Shown piece by piece: positions 38,163-47,100 of a DNA stretch of 64,000 nucleotides (the stretch's first letter is position 1; each line of letters begins with the position of its first letter). The position numbers and the translations under genes are program-made. The notes below the pieces were generated by a model that saw only the letters and a list, made by a program, of their open reading frames with translations, had not been told where the DNA came from and did not search any database. The stretch comes from Bdellovibrionales bacterium (lineage in GTDB: Bacteria > Bdellovibrionota > Bdellovibrionia > Bdellovibrionales > UBA1609): contig CBDHDF010000011.1 in NCBI GenBank assembly GCA_965261545.1, positions 768,001 to 832,000 on the forward strand, read 5' to 3'.

Positions 38163-39628
38163 TAAGAACCTCCTATGTTTGGAACAAGACTGTCATATTG
38201 AGACAATCTAGGTTGAAGTGGTTTTTGTTGGTCATTCAAATTAATTTTGGTGGGATTGCCTAAGAGCAAATCTTTTATGGATTTAAAGTCGAAAATCTCA
38301 CGACTTTCTAATTGAAGCTCCATGGCTGTAGATAAGTCCTGCCAACTCACATGCTGAATCAAGTTGATAACTCTTAAATATTCATGCTCGGCACGGCTTG
38401 AATCTTGTTGCTTGAGGTATTGATAAAAATTTTCAAACACATTTGTTGGAAAAAGAATGGATCGGTGAGCCCATCTTACCATGGCTTGCGGCTTACGAAC
38501 TAAAGAGGGAAGGATATGTTCAAGAAGAAGACTATGCTCCCCATCAGGTTTTCTTTGATGGCGAGCGACAATTTCTTGCTTCCCTCCTGCACGATAGATC
38601 GTGACATGATAGGGACCCTGTACGGTTTTACAGGGAGCTTGGATCACCTCATCAGGTATGGAATATGTGGTTTTACCTATTCTCAAAGTCCCATAACCAT
38701 TACTTTGACAAATATTCACCTTACAGAGAATATCTTCATCTCGTGGAGGCAAAGGCTTAAGAACTTTGGCCTCCTCCTCAAAGCGAGATTTGGTGGAGTC
38801 ACTCTGATGCTGATCCATATAAGACTCTAAAAACTGATTCAAATGATCCCAGTCTTTAAAAACAATTCCTTTGTTTCTAACAATATTTTTTATCCGAGAA
38901 CTGAAGGTTCGAATATCACGCTCCACATCTCCCTTGTCAGAGCCCTTCCCTGCGCGGCAGGGAAGAACCTTAAATCCATAGTATTGGATGGCTCGATCAA
39001 AAGATTGGGTGTAAATTCGCTGATTTCCTTTAAGAACTTTCTTCACACAGGGAGATAAATTATCAATACGGATGTTCGCACTCATCCCACCTATCTTTTC
39101 AAAAAAAGCATGCACCCCATCGATGAAACACTCATAGACAAGAAAGGGGTAGGCACGAACCCAACAGGTGCCACTACAAGGCAATGTTCCAAAATGGAGA
39201 TGAACGATCTGAACACCATCGGCAAATGGTAAAGCAACCTTCTCCTTAAAATCAAACTGAGCCTGTTCTCCAGGATCATATCTTTGGCTGAAAAAACGCT
39301 CCTTGGGGCGAGAACCAAGAATCTCACAAACTCTTCTCTGAACCGTTCTCTCACTCCCACGATAACCCTCCTCAACTAATAGCTCATATATTTCACGGGC
39401 GGTGTTACTTGGGTTCAACTTCAAAAAGTACTTCACCCGATCCATATATCCATTAAGGGGATCTGGGCGAGTTCTTTTGGACCTCGCCTTGTACTTCGGT
39501 GGGGTGTTGGACTCACAGTACTTGCGCACCGTCTTACGATTGATCCCTAATTCACGAGATATTTCTGTCTTATTTTTACCACTGTGACTCAGGTCACGAA
39601 TGCGGCCGAAAGTGTATTGACTAATCAT
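38162..39628 (-). CDS. istA: IstA transposase
   Basis: As 5685-7181; TAATG stop/start overlap with istB. Confidence 0.93.
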   Translation of the reverse strand: MISQYTFGRIRDLSHSGKNKTEISRELGINRKTVRKYCESNTPPKYKARSKRTRPDPLNGYMDRVKYFLKLNPSNTAREIYELLVEEGYRGSERTVQRRVCEILGSRPKERFFSQRYDPGEQAQFDFKEKVALPFADGVQIVHLHFGTLPCSGTCWVRAYPFLVYECFIDGVHAFFEKIGGMSANIRIDNLSPCVKKVLKGNQRIYTQSFDRAIQYYGFKVLPCRAGKGSDKGDVERDIRTFSSRIKNIVRNKGIVFKDWDHLNQFLESYMDQHQSDSTKSRFEEEAKVLKPLPPRDEDILCKVNICQSNGYGTLRIGKTTYSIPDEVIQAPCKTVQGPYHVTIYRAGGKQEIVARHQRKPDGEHSLLLEHILPSLVRKPQAMVRWAHRSILFPTNVFENFYQYLKQQDSSRAEHEYLRVINLIQHVSWQDLSTAMELQLESREIFDFKSIKDLLLGNPTKINLNDQQKPLQPRLSQYDSLVPNIGGS

Positions 39629-40439
39629 AAGATCCTCCTCATTGCTAACCTTTTGAGTTGCAAAAGGGAGGGACTCTGTGAGCTTAGTATCTATATCAGA
39701 AGAAGAGACTTCATTGTCTAGTATTTGAACACTCCCTGAAGATTGGTCACTTTTCATTGGCGACAACCTCCATATTGAAAGTGGGACATTTTAATTGGCG
39801 ACGGCTTTAAGGGAAGCCTGTCTTCAGAAAGAAATTCCATGAAAATTGAGGCAAATGTTGGAATCTTGTGGAATTTAAATACTTTAGAAAATGGGCACAG
39901 CCTAAACAGGCTTTTCTTGACTATATATTTAACCTCATTGAAATCCAGAAACAGTCTACAAATGACAAATATGGAACCTGAATAGGCTGTCATGGAAGGA
40001 CTCTCCAACACGGAGCCCCTTTCCAGGTCGACAAGAACCCAAAAGGAGTTCTTATCAGCTCGGAGCCTTTTTATGAGTAATATCAATTGATTATATGCGT
40101 CTCGGTTGACAATGCCAAAAATCACCATAGGTCCTCCTCTGAAAAGTGGCCACTTTTCATTGGCGACGGTGGGGCATTTTAATTGTCAGCTAACATTCCT
40201 GGCATTTAAAGCAGGAGATCCTCCCACAGGTGGTGGCTACTTGCTTGAATCGACGCAACATCCTGTTGCGGATCTTTCAGTCTCGGGCTCCTGCCCTCGC
40301 CCCTCAGCCCCAGGGGGCTTTCGGGTACGACTGAAAGATTCTTAGTCTCGATTCCACATTGAGAGGAGATTGAGAGGAGCGTCCTATCCAGTGGGACTTT
40401 ATTTGGCCCCTCAGGGAGAATAACTACCGACCATGTAGT

Positions 40440-41243
40440 TTAAATAAGTTCTGTGGCGGCTTGGCGAACATGTTCTTCTGTAATTTGTTCTTCAGAAGCT
40501 TTCATACATGCAATCAATGAACCTCTGGCAATCAAATTGGCTTTTCTTAGCAAGCCTCCAGAGCCCTGCCAAATGGCTGTGACAGCATTATCTGTCATGA
40601 GTTTATTCTTGATTCCAGAGATTTTAAGGTGATGATCTAGATAATTTCTCATATTTTCTTCATTAAGAGCTGGTAGGTGAGCGTGGGTCATCACACGAGA
40701 AGCCAAGGGCAGAGAAGTTCTATACTTCAATTTATCAAGAAGGTTATTCTGTCCCACCAAAATAAGTGAGAATCTTTTTTCAGAATCAAAGTTGAATTGG
40801 TTAATCGTATGCAATTCAGCAAAGACATCGACTCTCAATAAGGATGCCTCATCAATGATAACCACAATTTTATTTCTTTGTTGTTCTAATATTTCTGAGA
40901 TGGCTTCTTTGAATTCCTTAAGAAGGAAGGACCTATGGTTTCCTCTTAAATTTAAATTTATACTCCAACACAATTGTCTATATAGCTCACTGGTTGAGCC
41001 ACTGTTCGCCGTCACATAACAGCTGTTAATTTCAGATTTGTGGAATTGATCTAAACTCCATCTCATGGCGGTGGATTTTCCGGTGCCAACATCGCCGGTG
41101 ACGACCATAATTCCACCAATGGAAAGAACATAATCCAATCTCTCTTTCACTGCCATTGTTCCAGGTAAAGACATAAGGTCTTTGGATTTAAGATTGTCAT
41201 TAAAAGGAGAGAACTTCATTCCAAAATATTCAATGTATTTCAT
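40440..41243 (-). CDS. ExeA-family AAA ATPase (TnsC/IstB-like role)
   Basis: YFG-x-K-x-x-PF, TGDVGTGKST, IIDEA, LILVGQ and SGG-x-x-R-x-x-N motifs. Confidence 0.9.
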   Translation of the reverse strand: MKYIEYFGMKFSPFNDNLKSKDLMSLPGTMAVKERLDYVLSIGGIMVVTGDVGTGKSTAMRWSLDQFHKSEINSCYVTANSGSTSELYRQLCWSINLNLRGNHRSFLLKEFKEAISEILEQQRNKIVVIIDEASLLRVDVFAELHTINQFNFDSEKRFSLILVGQNNLLDKLKYRTSLPLASRVMTHAHLPALNEENMRNYLDHHLKISGIKNKLMTDNAVTAIWQGSGGLLRKANLIARGSLIACMKASEEQITEEHVRQAATELI

Positions 41244-42538
41244 TTCTTCCCTCCTGTTTTATCTCCTGAAAATAATTCTCCTGATTTTGGTTTTGTCTCT
41301 TTCGTGGCAGAAGTCACCTTTCCATTGCGACCCAAGTAAAAATTCACATGCCGATCCAATAAATTGGCCTGACCAAAGCTTCTTCCATCAAAGAAAATTT
41401 CAACATCTTCGGGAGTCTCTCTGTGGAACTTGAGTTCCACTCTTCTATCGATCAGGTCTACGGGAGCTTCATATATGGTTCCATTCAAATGAAAAGTTCG
41501 ATCCTTTTTAACTCGTCGAAATTGAATAAATCGAAAATAGTCCAATAGATTGGGGGGAGCGGGACGAACACACTTCATATTTTTACGGAATTTCGCCAAT
41601 GGAGTTTCGCCAGTGGTTCCATGAACTTTGTGGTGATAACTCTCCACCCAGTCAGAAAATACCTCATTCAGTTCTTCAAGGCTCAAGGTTTTTTCATCGC
41701 AGCGAGGAAAGAAGTTTTCCCGTACATATCGAAACCAACGCTCCACTTTCCCCCGACCCTGAGGAGTATAAGGAGGAGTGTGAATAATCTGAATACCCAA
41801 GGAAGCTGTGACCTGTTCCAAGTTTATAGCCTTAAAACAAGCCCCATTATCGATATAAAGCTTTTGAGGAAGCCCCCTCTTCTCAACAGCTTTCTTAAGA
41901 CAATCCTTCATATTCTCAAGCCTTTCGGACTCATAAAACTCCCCGTGGGGAATGATGCGAGAATTGTCATCCAATATGGCAATGAGGTAGGATTTTACTT
42001 TCTTTCTCTTTTTGCCAACCACAATGGGGCCATGAAGAACATCTGACTGCCACATTTCATTGGGAGACGAAGCTTCAAAGGACCTACGATCTGTGGACTC
42101 TTTTTGTTGCAATTTGTGATGCTTTAAAAATCTATAAAGCACACTCATATTGATCTCTTCATTGGTACCAATAGAGCCGCGCTGACGTAGAGCATTGACA
42201 AGGGCTATGCCTGTAAAATGTCCCTTTGCCTTCATGATCTCTTTAATGACCACTTGGAGAGATTCATCAAGACTTCTAAATTGACCTTGATCCTTGCGAT
42301 CCGATGGCATAAGCCCCTCTAATCTATTGCCCGATCCCTTGTAGTCTGCAATCCATTTTTTTATGGTGGAACGACTCACACGAGTCGATGATGAGTAGGG
42401 AACACGATAGCTCTTGGAAGATTTTTCCGTAAGCAATCTCTCTTTTTCTCCATATTCAAGGCGCAACCCTGTAACAAATTCAGAAATCACTCCGAATCTA
42501 AAGGTGGCAACCTCCATTTTCTTGTCCTTATCAGCCAT
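41240..42538 (-). CDS. DDE-type (rve) integrase/transposase with Mu-transposase-like C-terminus
   Basis: PNEMWQSD, ILDD-x-SR, GLP-x-KLYIDNG and PY-x-PQGRGKVERWF motifs. Confidence 0.92.
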   Translation of the reverse strand: MADKDKKMEVATFRFGVISEFVTGLRLEYGEKERLLTEKSSKSYRVPYSSSTRVSRSTIKKWIADYKGSGNRLEGLMPSDRKDQGQFRSLDESLQVVIKEIMKAKGHFTGIALVNALRQRGSIGTNEEINMSVLYRFLKHHKLQQKESTDRRSFEASSPNEMWQSDVLHGPIVVGKKRKKVKSYLIAILDDNSRIIPHGEFYESERLENMKDCLKKAVEKRGLPQKLYIDNGACFKAINLEQVTASLGIQIIHTPPYTPQGRGKVERWFRYVRENFFPRCDEKTLSLEELNEVFSDWVESYHHKVHGTTGETPLAKFRKNMKCVRPAPPNLLDYFRFIQFRRVKKDRTFHLNGTIYEAPVDLIDRRVELKFHRETPEDVEIFFDGRSFGQANLLDRHVNFYLGRNGKVTSATKETKPKSGELFSGDKTGGKK

Positions 42539-42673
42539 TTTGACCTCTCTTTCTTTGATTTAATTTCCGTTATTGGAAATCTTTCTTGAAATAAGAGATA
42601 CACAACTTCCTGACTCTTTGTTAATGACAAGAAACGGTAGGTTGAAAATAAATGGGAGCACTGGCAAACTTCG

Positions 42674-43123
42674 TTAACCAAAAATGTCCAGGTTTTTCTC
42701 TTGATAAAAGGCCACTGTGCTAAGTGGATCTTTTTCTTTCATCAGATTATAAGCCTTAGCGTGATTAAGAAGTTTTTTCAGCCAGTGCCCCGCTCTTTGC
42801 CTCGTTGTCCAAAGGGGCCATGCCTTGGGAATCTTGGGGTGCAGACGATGTCGTAATGCTTCGAAAATACGAGACTTTGTCTCTTGAAAACGACGCCAGA
42901 ACGACTTGGGTCTTGTCGTTATAACACTGTGGCAGTGAGGACACCGCCAGCGCTTGAGGTAGACCGCTTCAGAGCATGCAAAAAAGTATCTCTTCACATA
43001 GCCATGGCCCCAGAGCTTCTCACTTTTACAGCCGGGATTTTGGCACTTACATGGCCTCTTCCAATTGTAATTCTTACCTTCTTTTACAAGGTCATCCGTT
43101 GATACAAAAGTAGCTAAAATCAT
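42674..43123 (-). CDS. Small zinc-ribbon protein (DUF6431-like) upstream of the integrase
   Basis: C-x4-C...HG-x-x-x-R...R-x-x-C-x-x-C...P pattern; GGAGG RBS. Confidence 0.7.
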   Translation of the reverse strand: MILATFVSTDDLVKEGKNYNWKRPCKCQNPGCKSEKLWGHGYVKRYFFACSEAVYLKRWRCPHCHSVITTRPKSFWRRFQETKSRIFEALRHRLHPKIPKAWPLWTTRQRAGHWLKKLLNHAKAYNLMKEKDPLSTVAFYQEKNLDIFG

Positions 43124-43265
43124 AACACCTCCTGATGCAGAGTATTAAACTCATGGGGAGGTTATGACAAGACTTAGTCAAGGGAATGTAATAATTCTCT
43201 AGGGATGGTCAAAGAAAAATAAAAAATAAAGGCGAATTCTAGTCAGAATAAAGTATCGTATAACA

Positions 43266-43574
43266 GTGTTGGAACTGGGGAACCTACTGGTGGATGTTAA
43301 GGGAACGGCTATAAGGTGGAAACCGAAGGGCAAATACCGATGACACCAGATAGGGGCAGAGAGACTCGTAGTAGTGAAGAAGGTTCTGTAACGGAGCTGG
43401 AGCGAAGGGGTCTCCTAATATGTGAGGAAACACTAACCAGTCGGACACTCTGTGGTCCATTTAAATGGTTTACAATAGTGGAACCTCGCAAATATTAGAG
43501 GAGCCGTATGACGGGAGACTGTCACGTACGTGTCTGTGAGGGGCAGTGGGGGAAATTCCCACTGTCTACTCGAT
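43266..43574 (+). ncRNA. 5'-truncated ORF-less group II intron (late DI to DVI)
   Basis: Aligns with 10910-11199. DV is GAGCCGTATGACGGGAGACTGTCACGTACGTGTC; DVI ends TACTCGAT. Confidence 0.87.
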
Positions 43575-43586
43575 TCGGAAAATACT

Positions 43587-45941
43587 TTAACCACCATCAT
43601 CGAATCCACCGTCATTAATACTCCAACCACGACCACTCAGGACACTTCGTGCATTAGTGGCACTACTATTGTATTTTGAATTTCCACCATGGAATGAGAT
43701 ATTATTCTGTTGTGAGGTGGTGTGGATTTGGTTGAGCAGACTGCTGTATATTGCCGTGGGAAGGGTGAGCCCTTCAAGCATGTCACTCATGTCTGTGACA
43801 CTAAGGAAATTCCATTGAGTCATATCGGGTTGAGCCATTGGGGCTTCCCTAAACATATAACTCATGTATGTGACATTGGAAACATTCCAATCGCTGACAT
43901 CGGGATTGGCAACAGCTGCCCCAGTAAACATCGCTCCCATGTATGTGACATTGGAAACATCCCAAAGGCTTACGTCGGGATTGGCAACATCTGCCCCGGC
44001 AAACATCTGTCCCATGTATGTGACATTGGAAACATCCCAAAGGCTTACGTCGGGATTGGCAACATCTGCCCCAATAAACACCCCTCCCATGTTTGTGACA
44101 TTGGAAACATCCCAACCACTAACATCGGGATTGCCAGCTTCTGTATATGCAAACATATAGTTCATATTTGTGACGTTGGAGACATCCCAATCGCTGACAT
44201 CGGGATTGGCAACATCTGCCCCAGAAAACATAGATTCCATGTATGTGACATTGGAGACATCCCAAAGGCTTACGTCGGGATTGGCAACATCTGCACTAGA
44301 AAACATAAAACTCATGTCTGTGACCTTGGAAACATCCCAACCGCTGACATCGGGATTGGCAACACCTGCCCCAAAAAACATATAATTCATGTCTGTGACA
44401 TTGGAGACATCCCAACCGCTGACATCGGGATTGGCAACATCTGCCTCAAAAAACATATAATTCATGTCTGTGACATTGGAAACATCCCAACCGCTAACAT
44501 CGGGGTTGGTAACAACTGCCCTATTAAACATACTACTCATATTTGTGACCTTGGAAACATCCCAATCGCTGACGTCGGGATTGGCTGTTGTCGCCCTTTC
44601 AAACATATTACTCATGTCTGTAACCTTGGATGTATCCCAGCGACTCACATCGAGATCGGCCATATATGCCTGATCAAACATAGAGCTCATATTTGTGACA
44701 TTGGAGACATCCCAATCGCTGACGTCGGGATTGGCCGTTGTCGCCCTTTCAAACATATTACTCATGTCTGTAACCTTGGATGTATCCCAACCTCCAACGT
44801 CGAGATGAATAGATTCTGTATATCCAAACATAGAACTCATGTCTGTGACCCCAGAAACATTTCCTCCACTTAGATACTCAAGGGCCTGGCATTGCCTAAA
44901 GGCTCCTTTTAAACTCCGCCACCCCACATCTCCTAGATCTTTCACAGAAATGAGTTTTAACCTATGTGCTGTCGCCTCTGTCCTGAAATTCCAAGCCTCA
45001 AGGGTCCCCGAAATGGTGACAGTGTAATCTCCAGCTTCGGCGTAAATATGAGTGATATCGTTGTCATCATGGGACGTGATCTCACTGGAGGAATCATCCC
45101 CCCAATCCACAGTAAAATTATACTTGTATCCTGAGGGCAAGGGGAGAGCGATGGCTTCACTTGCTTGAGAAGTTCTCCAAACAGAGACAAAGAAAGAGAA
45201 CCCTCCATCACTGATACTCCACCCTCGTTCTTTTAAGAGTTGTCGGATATTTTCAGAACGGCTGTCGTACTTAGAGTTTCCCCCATCCAATGTGAAATTT
45301 TCCTGGGTGGAGGTTTCATAAAGTCGCTGAAGGAGTGTGTTATAGACCCCTGTGGGAAGGGTGACTTCACTGAAAGTCTCATCCATCTTTGCCAAAAGAG
45401 CAAAATTCCATCCACTGAAGTCTATTTTCTTTATAGAAGTCGCTCCTTTAAACATGCGATCCATGTTTGTGACATTGGAGACGTCTCCTCCCCCTATTTG
45501 ACGAAGGTTGCTGCAACCCTCAAAGGCTCCCTCTAAGTTGATCCACCCCATATTCCCTAAGTCGGTCACAGAAATAAGTTTGTCTTTGCTCCCACTGTTG
45601 TTGAAATACCAAGCCTCAAGCTCCCCCGAAATAGTGATGCTGTGGTCTCCAGACTCGGCATAGGTATGAGTGATATCGCTGTCATCATGGGATGTGATTT
45701 CACTAGAGGCACCATCACCCCAGTCCACAGTGAAATTATAATTATACCCTGGTCGCAATGGAAGAGTGATGGACTCATTTTCACTGGACAAACGCCACAC
45801 AGAGATAAAGGAAGAAGCTGCCTCAGAAGGAGTTTGTTTTGTATCACCACAGCCTAAAAGACTCGCCATGGTCAGGCCAACAGAGAGACCCATGGTAAGT
45901 AAAGGTAGGGTGCATCTTGCAAAAGTTTGTAGTGGAGTCAA
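43587..45941 (-). CDS. BspA-like / DUF285 repeat surface lipoprotein with two PKD-like domains
   Basis: Lipobox LLGC, two FTVDWGD...ITH-x-Y...G-x-x-x-x-TISG modules and about 14 25-aa repeats of the WDVSNVTxMxxMF type. Confidence 0.9.
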   Translation of the reverse strand: MTPLQTFARCTLPLLTMGLSVGLTMASLLGCGDTKQTPSEAASSFISVWRLSSENESITLPLRPGYNYNFTVDWGDGASSEITSHDDSDITHTYAESGDHSITISGELEAWYFNNSGSKDKLISVTDLGNMGWINLEGAFEGCSNLRQIGGGDVSNVTNMDRMFKGATSIKKIDFSGWNFALLAKMDETFSEVTLPTGVYNTLLQRLYETSTQENFTLDGGNSKYDSRSENIRQLLKERGWSISDGGFSFFVSVWRTSQASEAIALPLPSGYKYNFTVDWGDDSSSEITSHDDNDITHIYAEAGDYTVTISGTLEAWNFRTEATAHRLKLISVKDLGDVGWRSLKGAFRQCQALEYLSGGNVSGVTDMSSMFGYTESIHLDVGGWDTSKVTDMSNMFERATTANPDVSDWDVSNVTNMSSMFDQAYMADLDVSRWDTSKVTDMSNMFERATTANPDVSDWDVSKVTNMSSMFNRAVVTNPDVSGWDVSNVTDMNYMFFEADVANPDVSGWDVSNVTDMNYMFFGAGVANPDVSGWDVSKVTDMSFMFSSADVANPDVSLWDVSNVTYMESMFSGADVANPDVSDWDVSNVTNMNYMFAYTEAGNPDVSGWDVSNVTNMGGVFIGADVANPDVSLWDVSNVTYMGQMFAGADVANPDVSLWDVSNVTYMGAMFTGAAVANPDVSDWNVSNVTYMSYMFREAPMAQPDMTQWNFLSVTDMSDMLEGLTLPTAIYSSLLNQIHTTSQQNNISFHGGNSKYNSSATNARSVLSGRGWSINDGGFDDGG
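43780..44860. repeat. 75-bp tandem repeats encoding DUF285 units
   Basis: Recurrent TGTGACATTGGAAACATCCCAA...TCGGGATTGGCAACATCTGC at a 75-bp period. Confidence 0.92.
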
Positions 45942-46145
45942 AGCTTACCTCCTCCGCTCATATTTTCTTCTTTTCACCTTTTTTCTTCTCAACTTGATAC
46001 AAGAATATGTAATATATATTATATGTGCACTCTGGTTAAGGTGAAAACGCTGACTTGGATTTATGGACTTTATAAATAAGAGGATCGAAGGAAATCCTGC
46101 TCAAGGTCATGGCCTCTAACCCACATTTCTCACAAAGATATACTG

Positions 46146-46238
46146 GAGTTCTGACTGGATATAGCCATAAAATTTACTGGAAAGGCACTACCGAGGCCCA
46201 TGCCCTTTGCCTATTATTTTTATATCCAGTCAGAACTC
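46146..46238. repeat. 93-bp element bounded by perfect 18-bp inverted repeats (MITE-like)
   Basis: GAGTTCTGACTGGATATA ... TATATCCAGTCAGAACTC. Confidence 0.7.
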
Positions 46239-46267
46239 ACAATATTTTTATTCACATCTCTTGATCT

Positions 46268-46714
46268 CAATGCCGTTTCCTTAAGAAAAATCTCTTGAAA
46301 TCATTAGATAAATCGACAAGAATAAGACTTGTTTTATTTTACACCCAACCCTCAACCAAGGAGTAAGTCACATGCAATCCAATATTGATCTCGAAAGCCC
46401 CCAAATGACGAGTTCGCGTCACAGATGACCATTTTATTCTACCAAAACTTGATTCTTCCTTCAAGCCAGAGCACCTTGTCGATCCAGAAAAACAAAAAAG
46501 GAATCGAAAATTTAATCCTCAAATTTTCTTTTTTACCATTATCTATCTTATTTCCGGAACAAATTACGAAGGCTACCAAATCGCTCTTAAGACGGTATGG
46601 ACTCATTTTGGTGACCTGCTTCTCATGCCAGTCAAAAGCAGTCTCAGCAAGATACGTCAAAGTATTTCTTACCTATTTTTCAAAGATATCTTTGAATCTC
46701 TGATTACAGACTAC
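46268..46714 (+). mobile_element. IS4-A 5' fragment, truncated by IS66
   Basis: Matches the first 447 bp of the copy at 28245. Confidence 0.92.
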
Positions 46715-46795
46715 GTAAATCATCCAGGAACCCCGTCTTTCAATAATTTGAAGGTGTAATAGACTGAATCCATAACCACTTACGAGGAGGTAAAT

Positions 46796-47092
46796 ATGGA
46801 TTTAGAGATTTTACACAAGAAATTGAGCAGACTTCGAAGTCTTGGGTTTTGGCCTATGAAGACAAAGGCCAATCATTTTAATTTTTTGGTTGTTACTATT
46901 GACAAAAATATTCGACCAGAGATGAAGGAGTTTCTTCACAAAAAGATCATTCACTTAGAATTTGAAGACGACCAAAATATTGATAGTATTCCTCTAGAAC
47001 GGCTTGCATTACTTGATGCTGTTGGCGTTGCACACAAAGTTAAGGGGCATTTAAGGCTAGCTGTATGGGAAGTCGTCAAGCCAAATGGATAA
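46796..47092 (+). CDS. Hypothetical protein inside the IS66 right end
   Basis: 98 aa with a strong GAGGAGG RBS; convergent with tnpC. Confidence 0.6.
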   Translation: MDLEILHKKLSRLRSLGFWPMKTKANHFNFLVVTIDKNIRPEMKEFLHKKIIHLEFEDDQNIDSIPLERLALLDAVGVAHKVKGHLRLAVWEVVKPNG

Positions 47093-47100
47093 AAAGTTTG

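Larger units (their letters stand above)
36950..40195 (-). mobile_element. IS21-A copy 2 (intact, 3246 bp)
   Basis: Near-identical to copy 1 without IS4-B. The flanks ACGGC / TTCCT show no TSD. The hairpin module is at 37255-37352. Confidence 0.95.
40196..43265 (-). mobile_element. Three-gene transposon (zinc-ribbon protein, DDE integrase, ExeA-like ATPase); far end lost
   Basis: Three co-oriented ORFs. A candidate 5'-TGT terminus (TGTTATACGATAC) at 43265 falls exactly where the intron remnant begins. Confidence 0.7.

Noticed and set aside
22846..43265. CRISPR-associated transposon (I-C cas genes and array near a DDE integrase and AAA ATPase)
   Set aside because: cas3 is intact, Cascade is broken and there is no TniQ/TnsD. 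The two blocks are joined by an IS21 copy lacking a TSD, which indicates chance juxtaposition.
43722..44873. 383-aa His/Cys-rich ORF and other short ORFs over the BspA gene
   Set aside because: Antisense or alternative frames of the 75-bp repeats.
43266..45941. Diversity-generating retroelement acting on the BspA repeats
   Set aside because: No reverse transcriptase, no template/variable repeat pair, and the variation is not adenine-specific. The adjacent RNA is a group II intron remnant.
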